A DNA stretch of 64,000 bases from the NCBI GenBank assembly GCA_001643675.2, contig LSRY02000031.1, forward strand, positions 186,001 through 250,000, written 5' to 3'. The translations under genes and the position numbers were made by a program. Below are positions 36,476-49,521 of the stretch, one piece after another. How positions within the stretch are numbered: the stretch's first letter is position 1; the number at the start of each line of letters is the position of its first letter. The notes beneath the pieces are model-generated. The model did not search any database, had not been told where the DNA came from, and saw only the letters and a program-made list of their open reading frames with translations. Source of the stretch: Monocercomonoides exilis PA203 (lineage: Eukaryota > Protista > Preaxostyla).

Positions 36476-39400
36476 ATGAAAAATAGAAATTTCATTTCTA
36501 ATTTTTGTTATTTCAAAAAAGTTCATTTTTTAATCTTTTTTCGTTAAATATTCATTTTGTTTTGTGAGAAAAAAAAACTAACCTTCCTTGAAAGAAATCA
36601 AACCTCTTGTTATTTCCCTGATTCGTTGAAATGAAAAATTGCATGAAATTCCTTTAAATAGTTTTTCAAAAATTGGTGTTCACTTTCCTTATTTCTCAAA
36701 ATGTCATTTTCACACCTGAGTCAAAATATGCTGCTGCTGCTGCTGCAAGTACGAATGCACAACCTTCAAGTCTCGACTGCTTTCGTAAGAGCGAACGCAT
36801 TCTTGATTGTTGGCTTTGGCCTTCCCAACTCTGAATTTGCTTATATTAAATAAGTAAATATGATAATTGCTTAAAGTTCAGAAATCGAAATTCTCGCTTC
36901 AAAATTTTCAAAAACATAAAACATCCGATTGCATATAAATACTTAATAATAGATCCAAATTCTAACTGCTGAACGTTGAACATAAAACAAAAATTGATTC
37001 TCTGATAAAACTTGAAGAAGATAAACTTGAAGATGAATTCCTTTCCACAATAAATCAATTTAAAAAAATTCTCCATTATTAAATTGCAAAAATGGCCATT
37101 TTGGAAATAACAAAATTGCTAATCCTGAAAAACGTCGATTCAAACTATGTCATATACACTTTCAACTGCAACGATCATAAAAAACATCAGAAAAATATTT
37201 TCTTTCCAAGATCTTCAAAACAATGCCAAAAGCTACATGAATAAAGCATAATCATTTGTAAAAGGCGAAAAACGATTCAAATTTTCCAAAATCAGTTATT
37301 ATAAAACGAATATCTGCGACTATCCTCCAACAAAACATTCAAAAAGAATGAAATTTTACACATCGCTATGAAAATGAATTCCTCAGATGACTTGGCTGTT
37401 CATTTCTTGCTTCATCGTGCTGTCTGATAAGTTCCATTGCATTCGCACATTGAAAATCCACTGCTGATACAAATGAATAAGCAGAAAAAGAAAAAGGAAG
37501 ACTTTCATTTGATGTGCTTTTGTGAGTGTTCTGAAAAAAAGGAGATTTCTTTAGAAATGTTGTAGGCCTTTGAAGAATTTTTTTCTGTTCATCTTCATGT
37601 CCTTGAAGTTGTTAATCTTCTTCTTAAATGTTGCGACTCTCTTTTATTTATTGTGTACAATTCTCATTCATGCATCATTTCTGGAATAAAAAAACTTGAT
37701 CAAATAATCGGAAGGCTTTTGGCTCTTCCTTCTTCAAATATCTCAACAAATTGATAGGCCTCTTTCAGCTATTCGCATTCCGAATATGACAAAGATTGTC
37801 TCTTAACGTGCTTGCGGGAATGTTTGTTCAAATTCCGGATTCTTCGAATATTTGAGATCAGATGATCTTCGATGCTTCTCTCCTTGTTCCTTTCATTCTT
37901 GCTTCTTTTTCATCTCTGGACTTGTTCGTTATACGCAAATTGGATACATTGATTCAACTATTCTTCCTGGTCTAAAAATTCTACTGTTACTTCAAATTAT
38001 TGTGTCAAACGATAGTTCATAATGTAATTTGTAAGTCTTGAGTATGTTCTCATCCCGTCTCAATCCATCTTTTGATGCTAACTTTTCAACTCAATGATTT
38101 GATCTTAAAAGAATAATTTATATATTATTTGTAACCATAACACAATTTTTTTCAAATATTCTCAGATTGGAAAAGTATTTTCAAAAAAACATTTTAAAAA
38201 ACTCAAAAACGTATAATACAAATTGAGGCGACTATTTTCTGGACTTGTATATCTTGTTTATCATTTGGAATAATGATTTTTAATGAAGAATAAAATACAC
38301 AGAATTGAAAAAATGAAAAATAAAAACATTTGAATCTTTATCACTTTCGATATGAATGATAAAAAATCACATGATCGATATTCTTAAAAATCTGTCAAAT
38401 TAATTTTTTTTTCTCACATTTGCATTCTTTTTTTAAAATTCTCCAAATAAAATTCAATCTGGCAAAACTCCACCAAAAATTACTCAACATCGAAAATTCA
38501 ATCATCTGTAAATTTTTCCTAGTATTTTCCAAAATTCAAATATATGTGACTTGTATTTCTTTCAGTCAATTACTTTAAAATAATGCCAATTTCACTCGAA
38601 AAATTACTTTTTTGAAGTTTTTGCAGAATATAATTGTATGCAATTGATTTAATAAAAGAAATTTGAATAATTATAAAACTTTTCATATGTGCTCAAGAGG
38701 TGATAAGTTATTTTTGCAATATAAAAAAAAAGAAAGAATCGTTCTTAATTTTGTTTCACGCACAAAAAGACAACATTAATCTATCCTTTTCTCACAAAAT
38801 GTTTCAAAGAACGTAAGTTAAATATGAAACTGATTAAAGTAAACATTTTGAATTTTCTTAATGAAAAATGGATCAATGGATATAAGTGTTAATCATCGAA
38901 AACAGTAACTTAATATAAAAGAAAAACATACTCAATAAATAAACATTTGGGTGAAAATTTTTGAAAAATCACCACTGATCAAAAAGCCAATCCATAATAA
39001 TTTTGTTTTTGTTACCATTTCCAACTTCCACAAGTCAAATACATTAATTCGAGATGAATATAAGTGCAAGAATACATTTAACACCTAATATCCAATATCT
39101 TGATATTTCCAGTTTTAATTACATTCATTGATCAAATTAATTTTACGTTTATTCAATTATCGCTTTTCCAAATAAAAAGAATCTTTTTATTTTCAAACTT
39201 TCGCTTGAATGTAAGTGGATTAATGGTTTTATCGAACAAAATAAATAAAGTTTAGAATTGTTTACTTAATATTTTACGTTTTTGGTATTTTCACTTTTTT
39301 TGAAGCTTTTATATTTTTAGCAATTGAATAGTCTTCACTGCCATTTAGGCTTTTCACAGATATATCAACTTTATTGAAGGATTCTTGAATTTCCTTAGAA

Positions 39401-39509
39401 ATTATGTTTGATTTTTTTAAACCGAATTTATTTCTTATCATCAAAGTTGGTTTTAATTCAATCAATAGAGGGAAATGAATGATTTTCATAATAAGGAGCT
39501 TAAGGATAC

Positions 39510-40600
39510 AGCAGAAAACTAATCCTTTTCATTCTGCGAATGGACTGACAACACAGCGCAACAAGGAGGAGCCCTTCATATTCATGACAATGAAAATGCT
39601 ATTTTTCCTGTTGAGAATTGTTCTTTCACAAGACTCGAGGCTCACTTGACGAAAGGGGGAGTGATTTAAATTTTTAAGATCGAAGAATGCGTTGAACAAC
39701 ATACTGCATTTGTTCAATGCTCAGCGCTAACAACCTCTACACATGGAGGTGGAGGAATAATGTTCGATTATGTTAAAACTCAACCATTTGTTGACGATTG
39801 TTCATTTAATAATTGTTCTTCAGCTGATGATGGAGGAGCTATATATTCTTATCAAACAAAAACAGAAAAACAGAAAGTGTGCGTTGTGAATTCCTTTTAT
39901 GATAACTGTCGATGCAATTCTTCAACAAATGGTGCCGGAGGTGCAATTATTCATTGGACCCCTTCAAATAAAGTCATTGTTTCAAATTGTCTGTTTTGCA
40001 ACAGATATTCTATGTGTGGTGGACGTGTCGTTTCACGGAATGTTAATGCTTATGACAAAGAAATTTAGCTGTATTACTGATTTTTTTAACAATAATATGT
40101 ACATGAGAGGAAGACATGATATTTATATTCATGATACAAAGGAAAATAACATTGCCTGGTTGAAAAACAACAATAATCAAACATCAAACAGAGTGAACGC
40201 GATGCAAAACCAAATTACTGATAAAAGCAAATGACTTCAAAATGAAAGCGAATGGGTTTGGTTTATCTTCTCTGCTGAAACAGAAAATAATTTCAAAAGA
40301 ATATATACAAGAAAAATGAATGAGAGCTATCTTTGCAGCACCATAAGCTATTGCCTCACTCAACAGATTCCGGATGTTGAAAAAGATATAAAAATACCAT
40401 TTGGAAGAATTGCAAAAATAAAAATAATAATAAACGTTATTTGTGGATCAAATGCATTCGTGACAAATGTCAAAGTTATTTCAGCTTTTCAACTGAAATA
40501 GAATTGGAAACAAATAATTTGTCTATTTTCGTGATTTCGAAGGATGCTTTTCCTGAAATCAAACTTTCTAAAAGAACTAATTCAAAGCATTTGAATTTTC
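39510..40600 (+). pseudogene. Decayed GGA-repeat beta-helix surface-protein gene
   Basis: QGGALHI, HGGGG, CSFNNCSSADDGGAIY, NGAGGAII, GRHDIYI and YLCSTISYCL motifs, broken by stops and frameshifts. Confidence 0.7.
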
Positions 40601-40929
40601 TAGGTTTAAGGCTAGAGTTAACGAGTTATAGAAAAATATCTGTTAACCAATAGAACATATCAACAAAAACTCACGCTCCACATGAATATCAATTACCATC
40701 GATCTGATTGCGTTATTAATTGAAGGTTATTTATTAAAAAACGTCAACTGAGCTAAGGTCATCTCTCCTATTTCGTTGCATTCACTTTTTTGACAAATTG
40801 AAGTTTTATTTTGACATTTTGAATCTGCTCTTTATGGGATTGAAAGAGCAATTACAAATCTGCAAGATGCCAATGAGAAAAGAAAGATACATACAAAAGT
40901 GCATAAGAACTAGAAAAAAGTCGACGACG

Positions 40930-43560
40930 ATTGAGCAATAATTCTATGCATGGCCATCGTCTTCAGAGCTCACACAGCTGTGCACACTGTAAGCTCCACA
41001 ACCACCGCGATGAGATGCCCGGCCAGCTGGAACAGAACCCCGCACTTCCCCTCAAAGCCAAACGTGATGTTGTGCTCCCGACAGTTCGAAAAGAACTGCC
41101 AGTGCGGCACACGCGACAGCTCCGGCTGGTAGAACGGCTGCACGATCACAAAGCTGCGTGTCGCTGTTGGAGAGAGACAGGCACATGCCTGTGCAGAGAC
41201 ACCTGCTGAGCCAGACACCGGCTGAGTAGACTTTCTCTGCACGCCTGCCACCTGGTGTTGTGAGTCCGATCTGTGTGCGCCGCTCAAAGAGGTCAGAGGC
41301 TGAGCAGAGGCAGAATGCGCAGAGTCAGACGATGCAGCGCGCACATCCAAAGCGTAAATGCAGGCGCGGCACGGAATGAGGTTATTTTTAGATGCTATAT
41401 CCATGCCTGAACGCAGGAGATTCGACATTCACAGAAACACCTACCATGCTGCCAGCGGACATACAGAAAGATCCACAGAACACATCTGCAGCGACTCCCA
41501 CTTTTACACAAACACACAGTGCGAAACATAAAATCCTCCAATCTTCACTTTCCCAAGGCGCACATGCCCGATTGCATACGCAACATCCCGCTGAGATATA
41601 GAATTCACACTTTCCTAAGGCACAACAGCCCCAATCACAACAAACTCGTTTATCGTCTTCTCCACACTTTCTGTGCTGAAATTGGATAAAGCTTCATAAG
41701 ACTCCAAGCATCCATTTCCACTCTCTTCTCTTCTCATCCTCTTCCATCTCTCCATCTTTCCAATAGCCCATCTTCTCTGTCTCCATTCACTTTCCTTTCT
41801 CTCTTTTTTAACATCCACACCTCTGCATATTCCTCAAGAACATCTCATCCTCGTAAATCATCGCCCACTGCACTCCCTCGCTCTTCTTCTGCACTGCGCG
41901 CTTTTTTTACAGACACACGAATACGAAATCCTCAAACTCCTGCTCTGCAATATCATCCCCAACTCACAAGTGATGCACCAGTCTAGATATGTTGAGATCT
42001 TGTCTCTATATATCCCACGGATGTTCGGCAGTGTACACTTCGGTGAATGATGCAGCCCCTTCTTCATTAGCGTTAGCAGCAGCTTCATCAGAACAATAAA
42101 TCGAAGCGTGAACTGTGTCGGAAGTACATGTGCGCATCAATTGTTCCATTGTCATCGACCTCTGAGACAAAGGCGCTACACATGCCCCAGACAACCCTGT
42201 CCTGACTTCCCTGTACTAGCCAAAGTCACTTTTTACGAACTGTTATTCCAGCGCCTTCAAGTGCCCAATTTACAGCCACATCGTTTCTTTTGATGTCGCC
42301 TTCATATCCTTCTGCTCCTGCCTCTTTTGCACAAGTATCATCCGCTGCTTATCAATCACCTCCTTGAACATCGCCTTCTGCATGCTCATAGTCCGATCCT
42401 GCCCTTTCATCATCACTGTCTACATCTTCATTTCCTTCTCCATCTTGTTCATTTTCTCCTGCACTGTTGCATCCACTCCTCTTCCGCTTCCTCCACCACC
42501 TCAGCCATCAGTATTTTTTATTCCGCTGTATTCTTCTTCCAAATACTCACACTGCTCCCCACTTTCATAACAACCACCTTCCCTTTCGGGTGCAGCTCAT
42601 GCATCACAGCGCCGCCATTTTTGATGATCTCTGTTAACTTCTCCTGGCACTTCTCACACAACCCAGAAGGCAGAATTTACGAAGTCAAAGATGGAACTAT
42701 CCCACGGCACACATAAACCAATAAAGAAGGTGTGACAAGAACAACCACCCACAAGCCAGTTAGCTTTTGCATCCACATTAACCGCTCCTTCTTGCTAAGA
42801 GCAGCTTTTCATCTCCTTCTCAATCCTTTCATCAATCAGCTTCTTCTCCTTTATCTCCACCAGCTGCTCCTTCGCCTCCTTTTCTTCTGCGTTGCGCTTC
42901 TCGCTCAGTTCCAGAATATTCATTCAATAAGTCTGGATGATCTTTTCCTTCTCCTGCAACTGCACTGCCATCTCACGCATTCGTTTCGACTCCTTCTCTT
43001 ACCTTTCTACTTCTCCCTCACCTGCTCCTTTTCATTTTCCCACTTCTTCCTCTTTTATTTCTTCCAGCACCACCAGCACAATTGCTATCAGTGATAGAAC
43101 CGCATCGACCATCCTCCATCCTTTATCCTTAGCCCTACCACCTCTTGTTCCTTTTGTGCAATTTCCCAGACTTAGCTCACACCTGCGCTACAAGCGACGG
43201 AAGTGGCGCCACTAGCGGAACTGAGTGCATCACCGAAAGCACCACATCGTAGGCACACACAACACCCCCAAACAGCACCGCCTGCCGCGCCACAACATAT
43301 CCCCGAAGCGTCTGCAACGCCAGCAGCAGCGGCAGCAGCAGCGACATGTGCTGCGCATACACCCCAGCCGCCTCAGATACGACAATCCGCAGTCTCATCT
43401 CGATTTCATCATTCGCTGCTTCCTGCGTGTTTCACTCTGCCACAACTGATACATCCGAAGGATTATTCACAGGCGCGTTGAATTATGAAAGCGATAACTT
43501 CTTATCCACTTCCGTATTCTTCCGTTCGCTTCTAGCTTCCGGAATGACGAATCAGAAAAG
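40930..43560 (-). other. GC-richer decayed coding island (no intact ORF), includes a remnant similar to the telobox-Myb exon
   Basis: Abrupt rise in GC/CpG relative to the flanks; many short ORFs; 41845-41876 matches ~61975-62006 at 26/32 nt (GVQWAMIYED vs GMQWAMIVKD). Confidence 0.45.
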
Positions 43561-45113
43561 AATGTGGAATGTGTTTATGATATGAAAAAAGTGGGAATAA
43601 AGCAAGCGGCCAACGTTCTAATGAATAAAGATAGGAAGAAAATTAATTCAAAGTTCATTTACTTTATCTTTTTTAAAATGACTTCAAAGATAAAGAAAGC
43701 ACGGCTTGTCAATCATAAATAGTTCTTGTATTTTCATTCATTTGCATGGATCTTCACTAATATTTTGTCTGAAAAGAAATTAAATTCTTTTTCAAATTCT
43801 GACAGCTCGCTTTTGATTTCATAAAACGTGAAATACTCGAAAAATTGAAAGATAATTTATTTCAAAATCTTCAGATTTAAAGTTAAAATAAAACCTATTC
43901 ATTTTAATATCAGACATGCATTATAAAGTCTTGTTAATTTTCAAATAAAAGATAAGCTGAACTCATGTTACTGAAAAAGTTACAAAAAAAAATACATGTT
44001 AAACTCATTGCAGTTTTATTTCTTCAAATCACACAAATAAACATCAATTATTGAAATATATAGATGATGTCAATAATAAAAATTGTTTTAAGAAAAATGT
44101 CAAACGCTTATGTTTGAAAAAAATGAGTGAATAAATTCAAAGAGAAATAATTACGGTTAATGAAATTTTTCTTTGATTTTTTGTGGGATTGATCAGGCTA
44201 AAAAAAAGTGATTTTTCAAAAATTTTCACCCATTTATCAACGTTATGCATTTTCTTTGAAATATGGTGGATTCTTTCAGAAATCATATTTTTTCATTCAA
44301 AAATTTCTATTCAAGAATTCACTTTGAACAAAAATTCATGATCACTAAAGAGTAAAAAGGTTCAATAAAGACATTTCAGTATTTATTTCGGCTGATTCAC
44401 TTAATCATAAAATAGTTGCGATTAATTGAGCATTTAAACTCAAAAGCTCTTTTCAATGACAAGCAAATTTTGAAAAACCTGGAACCCGAAAAAAGTTTTG
44501 ATTGCAAAAATAATCACGCATATTTTTTTGGATTCCACTTGAATAGAAATTTTGAATTTTTGAAACCTATTTTTCAATGTTGAATTAAACTTTTTCGATT
44601 TTGTTTTAAACTTTCTCTATTTCGAATAAAAATTTTTCGATGTTGAATTCATTTTGGTGTGTAATTCAAAATTATAATGATTTCAATTCAAATTTGTGGA
44701 AAATGATAAGAAAAATGAAATTCGAATTCTCACCACTTAATTCTTGTCAGAATATTTTGTTTGTCAATAAATGGGTGATTGTTTTCGAAATGCGATTATT
44801 GGTGCAAATAATTTAAGTTAGAATATGGATTTTCATGATTTGAATAGAACACTATAAAGTTAAACATTGTTCAGTTTCATATTTGCTTTTTTTCAAATTG
44901 AACTTTCGATCTTGAAAATACTCTGGTTTATTTATCACATGAAAAAAAAATTTCACCAATAAAATGAAAAACCTTTTATAAAACGAAACCCAAAAAAAAT
45001 GTGATAAATTAATAAAAAACTACCAAAACCAAATTTATTCATCTTAATAAAAAATTAACAAAAATGATATTTTCACCAAATAAACAATTTGAATTTCTTT
45101 ATAAATCGACAAA

Positions 45114-45805
45114 ATGGGTGAAAATACGGACTTACAAGCTTTTTTTGCACAAAGCACGAGAAAATTGCTTCACTCATAACTTTATTTCACTTTCTCAGAT
45201 TTTGAAATATATTTGATTTTCATATCCGTAAACAGGCATTGTTGAAATCAAAACATAAAGTTATTAACAATTAACGAATGTCTTAAAATGGACCCATTCA
45301 TATTGTGTTTTTTACACTCAAAAAGTCAATGAAATGTGCATCATTTATCAATAAAAATGCCAGAAGTGAAATATCAAGCCCAAATATCAATTCATTTTTT
45401 ATAAAAGTTTTTGAATAAATTCTTTCTATAAAATAATGCTTTCCTTGTAATACAAATTTGGGAAACTTATTTTTTTTTGAACCTCTATTTGATATTCAGC
45501 TCAAAATGAAACTTCAACAAAATTATTCAAAATAAGGTTCAATATTTCAGTTCAGGTATCATCATTGAAAAATAATAAACTTTTCATTAACTTTTTTTTT
45601 GTCAAAAAACACAATAAAAAATGGATTCATTTTTTGAAATTCGTGAAATGGCACAATATTTGATATTTTGATTTCAACCATTCCTGCATACGGAAATGAA
45701 AATCAAATTTATTTTGAGATCTTGGAAAGCGAATCAAAGTTATGAGTGAAACAATGATTCAATGCCTTGTGCAAAAAAAGCTTGAAAGTCAATATTTTCC
45801 CCCAT
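45114..45805. mobile_element. Foldback arrangement of two ~270-bp repeat units of the 17436-17707 family (or one MITE with long TIRs)
   Basis: ATGGGTGAAAATACGGACTTACAAGCTTTTTTTGCACAAAGCA... at 45114 is inverted relative to ...TGCCTTGTGCAAAAAAAGCTTGAAAGTCAATATTTTCCCCCAT ending at 45805; inverted similarity extends at least 150 bp. Confidence 0.75.
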
Positions 45806-46232
45806 TAAAAAAAGGTTTAAAATGATTTGTATTAAATCAATAGTTTTTACCAATTGTTTTCATCAAAAACGTTCTTTGAAAATTACGTTTCATAATTTTT
45901 TGTATTTCTCTTTTGAAAGAAAAAATTATCACAACTTTGAAATAACAAAGGTTAATAATTTTTTGAAAAAAGTAACTTTTTTTTACTTTTAAAATGAATC
46001 AGAAAACACACAGATTAAGTGTTAAAAAGAATTTGAAACAATTAAAAACGAGTTTTTCAGTCGTATTTTAAAATAAAGTGTTTCATTTTTATTTTTTCAC
46101 CATGTATAAAATATATTTAAACTTATTGAATAAAAAAAACATCAATTATTAATTCATGTCAGATCATTTATCCCTTGAAAAATGCAGGAACTTTAATTAT
46201 CACTGTTATCTTTGTAATTGCGTTAATTTGGA

Positions 46233-48431
46233 ATGAACACTAATATTCTTACTCACTCCCTTCCTTCTATTCAATGGCCGCAATTATGGACTCGCTTCCG
46301 AGCAATTAGACACGTTTCAAGACTTTTTTCAAATTTTCATTGTCTTGGATGGAGAAAGCCTATTGGAAACGGAAAATTTGGAGAATATCAATGGATTAAT
46401 TATCAAGAATTTATGCGACTTATTTTACTGTTTTCATCAGGATTGATATCAAGTGGAATAGTTAAAGTGTGAATGTTTTTATGTGCTTGCTGTTATTGAA
46501 GGATAACATTCAATTTTTACGAAGGGTGATTATGTGGGAATTATGTCTTCCAATCGTCCGGAATGGATAAGTTTGAAATAAACGTTTTTGAGAAGTTTCT
46601 GTTAATTTTTATTTCTTTTTAAAGTTTGTGATTTAGCTTGTAGCTCAAAAGGATTCATTTCAGTTCCAATTCCAGATTCATTTAGTGTGCTTTACATTAT
46701 TTATTCATAACGTTGATATAAAAAAAATTATTCAAAGGTTCTGAAAATGCGGAATCTGTAATTGAAAGAGTTCAACTATCGGTGTTAATAATATCTCCAC
46801 GTCATGTCAATTTGGTATATCAATTATCTATTTCATTTTGTTGCATAAAAATTTCTATCTAGGCAATGAGAATGCTGGAAGCCTTTGATTTTTTGAAACT
46901 AGTTATCATTCTTCCAAGTGATCATCTTTCAAAAGAAGAAATTCAACAATATCCGCAATTCATTCCTTCAGACCCCGAAGGAAGCAGCGCCCTTCCATTT
47001 TTCGCTTTTTCTTCTTCAGACATGGGCGTTCCCAGCGAGTCAGAAGCGCATTCATCAACTGCTCCGCACACACCAAACACACCAGGCACGCCAAATAGAC
47101 AAAGCTGTCTTCAAACATCTTTCTCTTCGAGCGAACTTCCTCAGAAAGCAAATCGAATAAGCTCCTTCCACTCGGTCGTTGCAAGCGGCTGGCGGAATTT
47201 CCAGTTTTTGTTCAAAAAGACACACCCAGAATTGACAGGCTATGGGGATGAGAAGGTGTTGGAGTGGATGGATATGCTACCAGACGAAGAAGTCTGTGAA
47301 ATGCTGATTAAACCACACGAAATAGAGTCAGTTGTATTCACCTCGTCTTTCATTGCATCTTCATCCTCTTCTTCTCTCTCGTCAGCGCTGCCTTCACTTC
47401 AGTCTTCTATTCATTCTGATTCAGAACAAACATTACAAGACAGCTCTTCTTCTGTTTCATCATCATCAGCTTCTTCCTCATCAACATCTAATCCATCATC
47501 CTCACCTTCCTCATCTCCTTCCTCTCATTCCCCCATCCACACAATCTCCGGTGAAGGCAGACTCAAAGGCGTCCAACTCAGCTTCTCTTCAATGCTCTTC
47601 TCTTCCTCTTCTCTTATGCAGCGTGCCTCTCTCCAGCTCTCCCCTCAGCCAATCAGACAAGACGTCTCTATCAGCTATCTCCCTCTCTCCCACATCTACC
47701 CCCGCACTTTCGACATCGCTGTCCTTTTGCTCGGGGCGGCTGTCGGATTTTCCTCTCCTTCTGTTCCTGCACCGGCAACTTTGCCGGCAACTTCAACAGG
47801 ACAAATACAAGCTGTGAGTTCCACACTTCCTAATTCGGCATCCTCTCCGGACTTATCGCCGAATGCTGGCAGCTTATTTAGGCGCGGTAGAACACCCAAC
47901 ATGCCATCGACTATCTTTTCGCAGGCCAAAATGTGGGGAGAGAGCTCTGCGTTGGCAGTTTCGCCTGTTCTGTCACCTTCTCCTTCTCCTTCGCCTTCTC
48001 CTGCCTCAACACCTCATCTGACAGATTCTCCTTCATCATCATCATCATCATCTTCTTCTTCTACTCCAACCTCTTCTTCTTCATCTTTGCACAATCAACA
48101 ACAGAACAATAAGAATAATCCAACACATCCAAACCCTTCCTCTTCCTCTTCTTCTTCATCCACTTCATCTTCTCGTCTTCTCTCTGATCTCCAAAAACTC
48201 CACCCAACGTTCTTTCCTGTTGTTCCTGTTGTGCTTGTTAGATTGTTTGCAGCTGTTATGAACAAAGTATGGGAAATACATGGAAGATAAAATAAATCTT
48301 TTGTTATTGTCTGTTAGAAATTTGAAATTGAATGCATATTTTTATTTGTTTTTATTATGGAATCATATCAAAATTCAATCTATTTTGCATTTTTTAAACT
48401 CTTCTTTTAAATTTAATTATTCTTCTATTCT

Positions 48432-48462
<31 letters not shown>

Positions 48463-48497
48463 CTCTTTCTCTTTCTCTCTTTCTCTCTTTCTCTCTT

Positions 48498-48528
<31 letters not shown>

Positions 48529-49490
48529 CTCTTTCTCTCTCTTTCTCTCTCTCGCTCAGATCAACCACAGCTCCTTCCTTCCTCGTTGGAGCTTCCTCTT
48601 CTTCTACACACTTTGCAACAAAGCCAAATTTCAGTCTTTTTCTTCTGCTTCCTTTTTGAGAAGACATTTTAGACAGACAGAAGAAGCAGAACGAGACGAA
48701 GAAGGAGGATGGGCAGGGGTGGTGTATAAGCAGAATATTACGAGGAATATTATGGAGAAGGAGGAGAAGGAAGAGAAGGAAGAAAGAGAAGAGAAGGAGA
48801 AGGAAGAAGAAGAAGAAGAAGAAGAAGAGGGATATGAAGAGGAAGAAAGAAGTAAAATAGAGAAAATGAAAGATAGTTTAACCAAACAAGATTGCAATTC
48901 ATCATCATCATCTTCCTCTTCCTCTTCTTCTTCTTCTTCATCCTCTCCTTCTCTTCCCTCCCACTCATTCCTCTTCCCTCTCCTCTCCCGCACGCTCAAA
49001 GACTTCTCCTTCCCAAAGCTCCTTCGCTCTCTTTTTCTTCCTCCCTCCTCTTTTTCTGTCTATTCTTCTTTCTCTTCTTCTCTCCGCTCTCTTTTTGGCG
49101 GCTCAATCAGACTCATCACAACTGGCACGGCTCCTGTCCCTTTGAGAATAGCTCAGTTCTTCTCTGTCTGCTTAGACTGCCCACTGGTTGAAGGTTTGTA
49201 TTTGGATATTATTATTATTATTATTATGTTATTATCATTCATATTTTATATTTGTTTTCTTCTTCTTCTCTTTCTTTCTTTATCTTTCTTCTCTTTCTTA
49301 TTTTCTCTCTTCTCTATTTATTTATTTATTTATCTATTTATCAACCACAGGATATGGTCTGACAGAGACAGGAGGGTGTGTCCTGGCTCGTCTGGAGGAA
49401 GATCTCAATTATGAGACAGTTGGCATCCCTCTTCCTGGTGTACAGGTAAAGTTGGGTGTGTTTATGCATTTATTTATATTTTTTGATTTT

Positions 49491-49521
<31 letters not shown>

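Noticed and set aside
37400-38060. Possible decayed minus-strand coding remnant
   Set aside because: Multiple stops and no recognisable motif.
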